A stretch of DNA of 64,000 bases, from positions 32,001 to 96,000 of the IMG/VR virus record IMGVR_UViG_3300010157_000040; one strand, written 5' to 3'. A program made the position numbers and the translations under genes. Source of the DNA: a virus. The notes beneath the pieces are model-generated. The model searched no databases and was not told where the DNA came from. It saw nothing but the letters and a program-made list of their open reading frames with translations. Below, in pieces: positions 36,384 through 48,200 of the stretch (position 1 is its first letter; each line of letters starts with the position of its first letter).

Positions 36384-39300
36384 TGTTGATGCAGGATTTA
36401 ATTCATTAGATCCTTTAGGTCCTGAATATGGTAAAATAAATGCACCTTTATTAGATAGTAAAGGTGTTGCACCTTTTGAAGGTGACAAAATAAAAATGCC
36501 AGAAATTAATTTCCCGGTTACTCCAAGTTTTGGTAGTAGTTTGGATATGCCGCAACATAATGTTAGAACGGCAATTGTAGGTTCACCACCTAATAAACCA
36601 GGTGGTAATAAACCATTTGATTATAATGCTTTTGTTAAAGGTACTAAAGATCAATTAAGAGGTCAACTACAAACTAGTCAAGATAAAAGTTCATATGGTA
36701 AAATATATTCTTATGATGCAGGTCCAGATGGTAATGCATTCTATAAAAGATATCAAGCATATGGTCAAGATACATTTGACAAAATTGGTTTCTCACCATT
36801 AAGAGATAATGAAGCAGTATTTAATTCCCGTACTACTATGTGGGATGACCATAAAAGAATGATGCAACATTCATTCTGGCCATTGTTTGGTAGAGGTTTC
36901 ATTGCTGGTCCACAGAGTTTATGGAAAATGGCACAGGGAGATTTTACTAGTACAGATACTGAAGATGCAAGAGCATATGCAGATGCTGCTGCTATAGGTC
37001 AAACTACCAAAGGTGGTGTAATGGGTTTTACAAACAATATGTTAATGAACTTTGGTTATTCTGCAGGTATTATGTCTGAAGCAATAATAGAAGAAGCAGT
37101 AGGTACATTAGTTGCACCTGAAACATTAGGAGGTAGTTTCTTTCTTACTACTGCAAATGCTGCAAAGAATACCATGAAAGCAATAAAAGGATTAGATATT
37201 GCAGTTGATGGATATAAAGCAGTTAATACAACTTTAAAAGCAGTTGATAATATAAATGATGCAAGAAATTTTTGGAAATCTGCAGCAAATGTTGCTAAGA
37301 TGGATTTTAGTCCAATTAAAAATACAGTAACTGCATTAACAAGTTTAGGTAAAACTGTTGAAAAAGGTGATCAAGTATACAACTTAACTAATTTAGCTAA
37401 GATGTATAAAACTGCTGGTGGTTTTTATAAAGATGTTAGAGGTTTTAATATGGCTTTATCTGAAGCTAGACTTGAAGCAGGAATGGTAGAAAATCAAATT
37501 TATGATAATGGTTACAATGCATATTATAATAAATTTGGTGAAGCACCGGATAATAAAGCACAATATGCTTTACTTAAAGAAGCTAAGAAAGGTTCATTAG
37601 ATACATTGTATTGGAACACGGCATTAATTTATGGATCTAATGCAATTACTTTCCCAAATATTATGGGACCTAAAGGTGGTGTTGCTGGATTTATGAAAAA
37701 TACTATTAAGGAATTTACAGAAGTAGGTGGTGGTAAATTTGGTAATTTGGGTAAAGTTGTTTATGATCAAAGCAAAAAATTATTTGCTTTTAAAAAAAAT
37801 AATCTTATTAACATGGTTAAAGACTATGGAAGACAACCATTATATAAATCAGTTAAAGGTACTGTAGGTTATTTTAAATCAAATTTTACAGAAGGTATTC
37901 AAGAAAGTTTACAGGAAGTTATTTCTGGAGCAAATGAAAAATATTATTCTGATGCATATGATAGAGCAGTAATAAGATCACATGAATATGCTAAAGGTGT
38001 TAGTAGATATAATGTAGAATCACAAGGTGCAAAATCTAAAGGTGAGTATTATAAAGAAGAATTAAAAAATCAAAAAACTGGTCAAGGATTTGAAACTTTT
38101 GCTTCAGGTTTTTTCATGGGTATGTTAGCAACACCACTTAATGCAGCTATACCACATATGTTTGTAGGATACAATAGAGTATTTAATCCAAAAGCATATC
38201 AAGAATTTAAAACAGAAAAATTAAATATTACCAAGAATGTAGTAAATAATCTTAATGCAATTGACATGAAAGATTTTTTAGATTCAAAAATATTTAATTA
38301 TGCAACACAAGATGCAGTTGCAAGTATTAAGAATACTGGTACAAAGAAAGAAGCACATGATGCTGATTTAGATGGTTTCTTATCTCAAATGAATCATGTA
38401 AATCAAATGGGTGCAATGGGTGTATTTAGAGATAAACTAAATGAACTTAAACAACTTACACCTGAAGAGTTTGAAGATAACATTCCTAATATTCCTAAAG
38501 GTGAAGGTGCTAAGTATCAAGCTAAAATAGATGATGTTGTAAAGAAAACTGAAAGAATAGAACAGAGATATAAGTATTATCAAGATAAACATCCTAATCC
38601 AATATCAAATGATAATCTTCCACCAAAAAATACTCCAGAGTATGAAGATGCAGTTTCATTATATCATGCATGGAATAGAGGTGTTGAAAATGCAATTTAT
38701 TTTAATGAAGCATTTGAAGATGGAATGAAAAGAAAAGTAGATATTCAAGGTAGATTTTTAGAACAATCACCATTGAAGTCTATGACACATAGAGATAGTG
38801 AAGTTATATTTCAACCAAAAGAATTAAAAAAAGAAATTGGTTTTCTTAAAAATGAAATTGATACATTAAAAACTTTAAGTGATCCTGAATCAAAACAAGA
38901 GTTAATTTCTAAAGAAAAGAAATTAGCAGCAATGGAAAAATTAGAAAAAGGATCAAGTTCATTTAGTAATTTTTTTAATAGATATCAGAATACTGATCAG
39001 ATTAGAAAAATGTTACAAGAACAAAAAGGTGGTGAAGAAGTAACTGATGAAGAAGTTGAAGCTGTATTAGATAATGTATTAGGAGAATTTTCAGATGATA
39101 ATAAAATAAAAGTAACTTCTGATTATGAATCAGCATTTAAAGGTTATTTAAAAACTACAGCTGAATTAAATGATGATTATTTATTTGATCAAAAAGTAGA
39201 TGAATCATTTGCATTATTAATGGATCATCATAAGTTAGATCATGAATCTAAAGGTTTAATGAAATATATCAATCTATTACATGATCCGGGAGGATTTTTA

Positions 39301-42267
39301 GAAATGGTAGATAGAAATAGACAATGGATGAAAGACCTCTATAAAAAAAGAGGTGGTATGTACGATAAAATGGTTAATGAAGAATTAGATTTAGTTACAG
39401 ATAATGCTTTGTTAAACACACTTGCAAATCAAGGTGTTTATATTAGTATTGAAGCATTTGAAAATTGGAAAAATAATGGAATTCCTCCAACAGAATTTTT
39501 TGATAATACTAAAAAAATAATTATACCAGAAGGATCAAGTGACTATGAAAAGTATTATATGTTATTTGAACAAGCTTCACAATTAAAAGATGAAAAAAGT
39601 ACACCAATTAGAAAAACTTTTGATAAAGAATTACAAGAAGAGTTAGATAAACTTGATGTACAAAAAGAAGCAGAATTAGCTAATGTTCCTGTAATTGAAG
39701 TTAGAGAAGATATTAAAACTATTAAAAATGAAAATGGTCAAAATTTATCTTTTTCAAATATTGATAATGAACTTTTACCTAATCAATTTGCTGATTGTAA
39801 ATTCATTCAAGAAAATGATGATAATGTTAGCAGAAACTTAATTATTCGTAAAGATTCAGATGGTACTTTAACAGATGTTAATGTTGATCAAAAAATACCA
39901 GAGTCATTAGATCAAACAGTAGAACGTTTTGTATCTGCTGATATTTATGAAATGGTTAACAAACCTAACCCAGAACTTGCACAACCTATCATTGATAGAT
40001 ATGAAGAGGCAAAGAATAAAATAATGCAAGAATATGCATTAAAAGAAGAAACTGCTGCTAAAACAGAAAGTGAATCAAAAGAAGAATTTGTACCGATTAC
40101 AACTGATATTGATATAGAATCAATGCCTGCTTCATTATATAATAACTTATATAAACTATTCCAAGAAAAACAACTTAAGAAATTAAGTGATGAGGAATTT
40201 ACTAATATGAGTGAAGATGAAGAAAGAAACTTATTTATTAAGTTTATTCAAGGTAATGTTGAAGCTAAACAAATGATTGATGAGTATAATAAAGAAGCAC
40301 AAGTTAATCAAGCAACTAAGGAAACTGGAGAAAAAGAAAACTTTCAGTTTATATATCAAGGTAAAACTTTTGATACTGAAAATATAAAAACTTTAGTAGA
40401 ATTAAGAACTTTCCAAAGAAGGTTTAAAGCATTACTTAAAACTTTAGAAGATAAGAAAAATCCAACAGCTGATGATTTAGTTTTAAAAAGTAACTACATG
40501 GTTTTAATAAAAGACTTTGATAAGTTAATTAATACTAGAGCTAAACAAGGTAGAACTCCTGAAATGCAAACTGCTATTGATTTAATTGAAAAGTTAAGAT
40601 CAATGCAAGATGGTATTGAACAATCTACAGAAGGATATAAAATTAATGATATTTTACATGAAAGAGTTAGTAATGTAATATCAAAATTAAAATCAACTCC
40701 TTATGGATATAAAGATCAATCGGGAATAAATATTGCATTTGGATTAACTATTGGTTCAAATGGATTTAATCAAACTAGTATAGATGCATTTATTAGTGAG
40801 TTAAGAAAAAGAGGATTATCCGGATTTAGTAATTTTACATATAATGAACTTACTAAAGATCTAACAAATCTATTAGATAATATAAATACATTAGAAGATA
40901 CTAGTAATAAAAATTTACTTAAAATTATCAGTGGTTATGTTTCTGAAAAAACATATGAAGAATCTAGAATTTCTGGTAACTACTTAGATGCACAAGTTAA
41001 AAATCTATTTGATGGTAAAGAACCTGTATTTAATGAAGATAACATAACTAGAGAAGCATTTGATAACTTGTTTGGTCCTAAAGGAGTATTATCAGAATTA
41101 AAAACAAAAGTAGATAACGGTGAATTATATGTAGTTTCTCAAGGTATTAGAGTATATGATACTGAATTAAAAATTGCAGGTGAGATAGATTTACTTGTAG
41201 CGGATACTAAAGGTAACATTACTATTGTGGATCTTAAGTCCGGAGAAAAAAATAAATGGGATGGTTTTAAAGATCCTAATAATAAATTTTCTAAGGAAGA
41301 AGATTACCAATTACAACAAACTGCATATGCTAACTTATTAAATAGAATGTTAGGTATCAATGCAGCAATTGCAATCTTACCAATACAAATGGTTAGAGAA
41401 GCAGAAACAGGTAGAATAATGTCAGCAGGAAAACCTACTGCAAAAAATTTACTTACATCTGATACATTGATTTCATTAAATAAAGCGCCAGTTGCAGAAA
41501 GAATTAATTCTATTATTCCATTAAGAGAAACTAAAGAAGAAGTAATTATAACTCCATCACAAGTTGTTCCGGAAGATAATGAATCATCAGAAGATGAAGA
41601 AACAATAGTACCAGAAGATACTACAGGTAAAGAAGGATTTATTAATGATGCTGATAGAGTAACAGTAAAAGATATACAGAATCAACTTGACAAAGCAAAC
41701 ACAATAGATGATGTTAAACAAATCATTGCTGATTTAAATAGTAGTGTAAGTCAAGGTTTTGTTACTGCAGATGATGTAGTTCCAATTACAGAAGCAATTA
41801 AAACTAAAGTATCACAATTAGCTACTCCACAAGAAGTTATTCTTAAGGCAGAAAATTTAGAAAAAGGTACAGAACTTATTGCTAAAAATAATATTAATGG
41901 TAAAGATTCTCGTATATTTGCTAATACATCAGATGCAGTTATGCAGAATGACATTATAGTAGTAGACTCTATAGATACTAAGTATAAAGTAGTTACTGCA
42001 AGTGTACTAGGTAAATCAATTACATTGCGTATACCATTTAATGAATTGAATGATAACTTTAGTTTAAAAGAAGTAATTATGGGCACAACAGAACAACCAG
42101 TAGAAACATTAACACCAGAGGATAAATCTTTAATAAATGAAACTACGGATTTAACATCAAGTTTTATTGAAGATACAAACAGAATTGATGAGATAGAAAA
42201 AAGTGCTTCAACTAAATCTATTACAGAGTTAGATGATGATTTGTTGGATGATATAGATTGTAAATAA
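36370..42267 (+). CDS. Giant cargo protein with a PD-(D/E)XK nuclease domain
   Basis: 1965 aa. Hydrophobic G/A-rich N-terminal segments; 'IAGEIDLL…IVDLKSG…YQLQQTAY' nuclease motif near 41170-41340. Confidence 0.75.
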   Translation: MATTDVDAGFNSLDPLGPEYGKINAPLLDSKGVAPFEGDKIKMPEINFPVTPSFGSSLDMPQHNVRTAIVGSPPNKPGGNKPFDYNAFVKGTKDQLRGQLQTSQDKSSYGKIYSYDAGPDGNAFYKRYQAYGQDTFDKIGFSPLRDNEAVFNSRTTMWDDHKRMMQHSFWPLFGRGFIAGPQSLWKMAQGDFTSTDTEDARAYADAAAIGQTTKGGVMGFTNNMLMNFGYSAGIMSEAIIEEAVGTLVAPETLGGSFFLTTANAAKNTMKAIKGLDIAVDGYKAVNTTLKAVDNINDARNFWKSAANVAKMDFSPIKNTVTALTSLGKTVEKGDQVYNLTNLAKMYKTAGGFYKDVRGFNMALSEARLEAGMVENQIYDNGYNAYYNKFGEAPDNKAQYALLKEAKKGSLDTLYWNTALIYGSNAITFPNIMGPKGGVAGFMKNTIKEFTEVGGGKFGNLGKVVYDQSKKLFAFKKNNLINMVKDYGRQPLYKSVKGTVGYFKSNFTEGIQESLQEVISGANEKYYSDAYDRAVIRSHEYAKGVSRYNVESQGAKSKGEYYKEELKNQKTGQGFETFASGFFMGMLATPLNAAIPHMFVGYNRVFNPKAYQEFKTEKLNITKNVVNNLNAIDMKDFLDSKIFNYATQDAVASIKNTGTKKEAHDADLDGFLSQMNHVNQMGAMGVFRDKLNELKQLTPEEFEDNIPNIPKGEGAKYQAKIDDVVKKTERIEQRYKYYQDKHPNPISNDNLPPKNTPEYEDAVSLYHAWNRGVENAIYFNEAFEDGMKRKVDIQGRFLEQSPLKSMTHRDSEVIFQPKELKKEIGFLKNEIDTLKTLSDPESKQELISKEKKLAAMEKLEKGSSSFSNFFNRYQNTDQIRKMLQEQKGGEEVTDEEVEAVLDNVLGEFSDDNKIKVTSDYESAFKGYLKTTAELNDDYLFDQKVDESFALLMDHHKLDHESKGLMKYINLLHDPGGFLEMVDRNRQWMKDLYKKRGGMYDKMVNEELDLVTDNALLNTLANQGVYISIEAFENWKNNGIPPTEFFDNTKKIIIPEGSSDYEKYYMLFEQASQLKDEKSTPIRKTFDKELQEELDKLDVQKEAELANVPVIEVREDIKTIKNENGQNLSFSNIDNELLPNQFADCKFIQENDDNVSRNLIIRKDSDGTLTDVNVDQKIPESLDQTVERFVSADIYEMVNKPNPELAQPIIDRYEEAKNKIMQEYALKEETAAKTESESKEEFVPITTDIDIESMPASLYNNLYKLFQEKQLKKLSDEEFTNMSEDEERNLFIKFIQGNVEAKQMIDEYNKEAQVNQATKETGEKENFQFIYQGKTFDTENIKTLVELRTFQRRFKALLKTLEDKKNPTADDLVLKSNYMVLIKDFDKLINTRAKQGRTPEMQTAIDLIEKLRSMQDGIEQSTEGYKINDILHERVSNVISKLKSTPYGYKDQSGINIAFGLTIGSNGFNQTSIDAFISELRKRGLSGFSNFTYNELTKDLTNLLDNINTLEDTSNKNLLKIISGYVSEKTYEESRISGNYLDAQVKNLFDGKEPVFNEDNITREAFDNLFGPKGVLSELKTKVDNGELYVVSQGIRVYDTELKIAGEIDLLVADTKGNITIVDLKSGEKNKWDGFKDPNNKFSKEEDYQLQQTAYANLLNRMLGINAAIAILPIQMVREAETGRIMSAGKPTAKNLLTSDTLISLNKAPVAERINSIIPLRETKEEVIITPSQVVPEDNESSEDEETIVPEDTTGKEGFINDADRVTVKDIQNQLDKANTIDDVKQIIADLNSSVSQGFVTADDVVPITEAIKTKVSQLATPQEVILKAENLEKGTELIAKNNINGKDSRIFANTSDAVMQNDIIVVDSIDTKYKVVTASVLGKSITLRIPFNELNDNFSLKEVIMGTTEQPVETLTPEDKSLINETTDLTSSFIEDTNRIDEIEKSASTKSITELDDDLLDDIDCK

Positions 42268-42268
42268 T

Positions 42269-45200
42269 ATGAAAATTACTTGTTCTTTAAAGCAGTCTCA
42301 AATTGAGAAACTGTATGCAAATATTTATGGGCACCTATTAGATAGTCAAAATAAAGGAAAAACTTTTGACTCTAAAGGATACATGATAAACTTATTTAAT
42401 AAGATTGCTACAAAAGGTGATGTAGAAACGGCTGCAAAATTTTTACAACAAGTACCTACATTAATTGGTACTGCATCATTTAGACCATCTTTAGAAGAAT
42501 TAGGTTTGCCAACAGATATGTTAAGACCTTTAATTAAAAGTTTTAAGAATGAAGATGCGGGTTTATTAAATGTAGTTAGTTATTTTAATCCTACATTAAA
42601 TATTAATGTACAACAAGAATTAATTGATCAATCAGAAAAGAATGCATTTGTTGTACCAGAAAATGATTCTGAAACTGTTACTAAAGATCTGTTTGATTAT
42701 TTACCCTATGACTCTTTTTCTACTACATTTCAAGAATTCTTAACTGTAGATCCAGATAAAGCTGCAACAAATGAACAACTTGATGTAAATAGAAAAGTTA
42801 TTTATGCAACACTTAAAGAACTTAAAAAAACTATTGGAACTACACCTAATTTAGGTAAACTTGTATATCAAAATGTTACTTTAAAATTAGTACCACAAAG
42901 ACTAGATACTGCTGATACAGATGAGTTAGATAAAACAACAAAAAGATTACAAAATAGATCAGAATTTTTAAATAGAAAAGGTGTAGCTCAACCTAATGTA
43001 ACTAAACCAAATGAAATTTTCTTAATGATAATTTCAAATGAAATAGGTGAACCAGTTTATTTTAATGATGAAGGATCAATTACTACAAAAGAAGAAGGTG
43101 GTAAACAAGTTTATCAATTCTTAAGAGATGCAAGAAAAAAAGGTGATAGATATACAGTAACTGATATTTATGGAAAAGATAATCAGATACTTAATGCAAA
43201 AGAACTTGCAACATTAATGGATAAAAATTCAAAAATTAAATTAAGTAAAGAAGAATTTAATAATTTAGTTGCAGAATTAGATAAAAAACAACAAGAAGAA
43301 TTTAAACAGTTATATAACTTTAGACAACGTTTGATTAAAGGTGAAATACCATTAATTAATATAACAGATGTAAGTCAAGGTATAAAAGAATATACCAATA
43401 AAGAAATTACATTAAGTAATATAAGAAGATATCCGTTTGGTACAGATCATGTATTTAAAACAATACAAACTATTAAGACTCCAAGAGGTCAGTTTAAAAA
43501 AGGTGAAGCAACAATTACTATAGAGGGTCAAGAATTTAAAATTGATAGACCAAACTTGACAGATGATTTAATTAAAAAAATTGCAACAGTATTAACTGAT
43601 AAAAATTTAAGTAAAGAACTAAGATATAGATTTTATTCACAATTTTTAGCAAATAAAGCATCTCTTGCAACAAGAAAACATACTTTATCTTATACTCCTG
43701 TTACAGATGAATTGATTTTTTCTTATTCAAAAAAAACATTTCAAGAAGGATACGATAGTAAGTTTACTGATGTTATGTTAGATAGTGATACAGCATACAC
43801 AGAAATATATGATGCATTAAAATTAGCTTCAGGTAAAAATGGTAATTACTTTTCTGCTAAAATGACTTATAATAAAGACTTGTTAAACATTAATGGTTAT
43901 CAAGATTATAATTTAGATACAAAAGAATTATCAGAAGATTTTATTCCTTATATTCCATTGCTTGAAACTCTTCCTAATACAAAGGTAGATGCTAGTGTAA
44001 CTAGTAATCCAAGATTTTTTAATTCATATATGAAGTTTGCACTTCCAAATGAGTTTACACAACAATTAGAAGAAGCACAAAACAGTTCAAATGATGCAGA
44101 AAAAGATGATTTCTTTGAAACTTTATCCGCACCTTCTGATGTAGAAAATTTAATGCCCAGTGAAAAGAAAAAAGTTATTGTTGATACACTTAAGTCTGAT
44201 AAGAAAATAGTAGGAACAATTACTAAACCTTTTGGTTCAGATACTAAATGGAAATTTATTACTGCAAAAGGAACAACAATAGATTTTTATTCTCATACAA
44301 ATAATATTACTGATTTAGATACAGTTGCTCAAGCTAATTTAAACTTACTTCCAGAAGTTGACTTTAATGGAAAAGTAATGACAGATGTTGTTGAGGTTAG
44401 AATAGGAGATAAAGTAATTGGTTATGTAAGAGAAACAGATGACTTTGATAAAGTAAATATTGTTGAACCAACAAAGTCTCAAGAAGAAATTGATGCAGAA
44501 ATAGAAGAAAAAATTAATCCTAAAAACACAAGTCATCCATCTGAAGATAGTTTATTTTTTACTAGGTCGGGTGATTTAACTAATAATGTAACAGAATCTG
44601 AAATTAAAGATGCTCATACATGGTGGGCTAAGTCAGATTTAACTAAACATATTGGTTTTAAAGAAGCAGTAAACATAGTTAATTCTGATGCATATGCAAG
44701 ATTTATGACTTATGGTGCTAGACTTAACGGTACATTAGGTACTATAGAAATTGCAAATAAAGGTTCTATGGTTGATGTTTATCATGAAGCATGGCACGGA
44801 TTTTCACAATTGTATTTAACTAGAAAACAAAAAACCTCTTTATACAAAGAAGTAAGAAGAAAATTAGGAAGAAATAAAAAATTATCATTCTTTGAAATAG
44901 AAGAAATAATTGCTGAAGAATTTAGAGAGTATGCAAAAAATCCTAAACCTAAACCTGATTCACCAGTAAGAAATACTATATTTAGAATAATATTAAACTT
45001 TTTAAGAGAAGTTTTTGGAAAAGGTAGTGTTACAAATGTTAGAGATATTAAAAAAGTTCAAGAATTATTTGATAATTTATATTTAAACAAAAATCTTAAT
45101 AAGTATACTCCTACTATTGATAATGTAATGTTTGATTTATTATATAGAAATAGTGGTATTGTTAAACCAGGAACATTAACTGATCAAGTACTAGATAGAC

Positions 45201-48200
45201 AAGATTCTAATCTAATTAAAGATAGTATGGATTCAATAATTTCTGATTTGGTTGATTCTGATAATGGTATCAAAGGAAATAAATCAGGAACTTTGGCTAT
45301 ACTGCTAGATAGTAGAAATAGAGATGAGTTATATAAACTAATTAATATTAATTTAAATAAATCTTTAAGTCATTATAAATCTACATTAGAAAAACTTGAT
45401 GATAAAGATGAAAATAAAAATACTAAAGAAGTTTTAGAAAATAGAGTAAGAATACTTCAAGCAGCTGTAGATAATTATGGAAATTCAAAAAGTGGTGTTA
45501 TACAATATCATATAGAAAATAGTACATTTGATTTAATTAAACAAAAATATACAACTCTTGAATTAGATGAAGAAGGTAATTTGTTTGATCCAAATAATAC
45601 TGACAATACAGAAAGATATGGTGATACTAAAGTTGGAGAAAAGTCTTTAATTCAGTTAGCTGGAAAAGAAACACTTTATATTCTTAAAAGTTTACATGAA
45701 GTTGTTGATGGTAAAATAAAGTATAATGAATTAGGTTATAAAAAATTAGCTCCTTTTAGAACTACCTGGAATAATACTGTAAGAGCAATCAGTGGTCTAC
45801 AAGATCCACAAGAAATGTATGATAAATTAGTTGAAGAAAGCAAAGTCAGTCCTGAGTTTAAACAGTTGACAGAAAATAAATTAGCTAATCCGTTAAATTC
45901 TAAAAATCCAAATGAACAAAAAGCAATAACTTCATTTTGGCAAGATTTTAACAAACCAAGAGTTCCATATATTCAGTTTACAATTTTTAAAAAGACAGAT
46001 GAAAATCCAAAGGGATCTTCTGAAGTTACTGAAGCATCAATTGAAACTAAAACTGTTATAAATAAATTTCAAAATAAATTTAAAGCAGATATTAATAGTG
46101 TATATATTAAAAGAATAGGTAAAGAAAACATTCCAACACTTGACATATCTGAGATAGTAAAAGATTTTTCTGATGCAAATGGTAATTTAGATATATCAAA
46201 ATCCTATGAGTTTGCAAGAGCTATTGGTTTTTATTTAGATGACATAGGTATAATCAAAAATACATTAAAGAAAGATGAATCTACCATACAACAGTTTGGT
46301 TTACCATACATCTTTAATGCTGTTAAAGTACTTAACCGTAAAGATAAACTACCAGTAAAGAGTGCTTTAGTAAGTAAATGGATTAGTAAATTTAAAACTA
46401 ATCCAATTAAAACATTAACAGAGGCTATACCTGTAGGTGTTATTGGTCCTGATATATTTAAACAAAAAAATAAGGTAGAAGCATTAGCAAGACTACAAGG
46501 AAGATATGGTGTTGACTCATCTAATTTTGGTGTATTTAATGCTGAAAGAAACTTAGTATTTGAACACATAGACAATAACAGTATTACTAAGATAGTTTAT
46601 GCATTAAACAATGCTGAAAAATTATCAGATCTTTGGGAATCAGATAAATTTAATTATACTAAGTTTTTAGACCCAAAAATAAATAGTTTTACAAATAGAT
46701 CTGGTATACTAAGATCATTATTTGACATGAGAGATCCAAAGAAATCTAAATTAAAAGATAGAGATCTTGAATTATTTATGAATTCTGGTACACAAGTAGA
46801 ACAATCTGCAGTAGGTTTAAATACTACATCTTTAGATGTTAATAGTAAAATGCTTCAGGAAATGAATACAATGCTTAAAGGTGGTGTTCAAGAATTTATG
46901 AGACATGCATCTAAGTCATCTTCATTTGGAGCAAGAATTAATGGAGGTATAGTTGGTAAACCTGGTAAACAAGGTAGTGATGAAAGGTTATGGGTAGATA
47001 TAGATATGTTTGCAAAAAATATAGCACATGACTATGCATTTACAGCACATCTTTTACCATACATGGAATCTGAAGCAGAAAGAATATTTAAGTGTAATAG
47101 TAATCTTGATACATTTAAAAATTATGTAGGTTATAATAGAGAACTTAGTAATGGTAGAATTGCTGGTCAAGAGTTTACTGCATTTGATAATGTATTAACT
47201 GATAATACTAAAGAACTTATTTATGCTGCAATTAATAAAGCAATAAAAAATAAAGAGTTGTTTAATCTTGGAACTTTTTTAAAAAATAATCCAACTTTAT
47301 TATCTACAGTTAAAAAAGAAACTGCCTTTTATTTTGCAGATCAAACTCGTGAAAATTTATATAAGTTAACAACAAGTAATTATATCAGTCCTAGTCTTAG
47401 AGAAAAATTAAATGTGTTTAATATTACTGAAGATGCACAAGATAAAGTTTTAGTTGATGCTTATACATATAATGCATGGATTCATAATTTTGAAACAGCA
47501 AGTTTATTTTATGGTGACATTGTACAATACAATCATGATAAAGAGGAGATGCATAAAAGAAATACTGGAGCAACTTCTGGTGGTAGAACTTTTAGAACTG
47601 ATATATCTGCACAAAACTTTGCAAATGGATATTTAGCTGATACATCATATGCAAAAAAACATAATGCCACTCCTATTAGTTATAATGGTACTTTTAATAC
47701 TGCTATCATAAAAGATATTGAAAGAACTTCTATATACTATCCAGATTTTGAAAAAGCATTAAGAGAAGATTATACTAAAAGATTTTCTAAAGTACTTGAT
47801 AAAAGTAAAGTAGCTGCAGCTGTAGAAGATAGAGTTGCAAAAGAAATTAAGAAGTATAAAGATATGGAAGAAGGTGATGGTCAAGGTTGGATCACATTTG
47901 ATGCATATAGATTATTAAAAACAAATGAAAATAGTTGGTCTAATGCACAAGAAGTATTGTTCCAAAAAATAAATAACAATCAACCAATAGAAGCAACAGA
48001 AATAACTGAAATGTTTCCTGTTTATAAATTGCAAAACTTTGGTCACTTAGCAAATACAGATTTGTTAGCACCAATAAATGCAATGCATAAATTTGCACTT
48101 ATGCCACTTATTCCTAGTATGATAGAAGGTACTGATTTAGAATCTTTACATCAACAAATGATGTCTAAGAACATTCAGTATTTAACATTTCAAACTGGTT

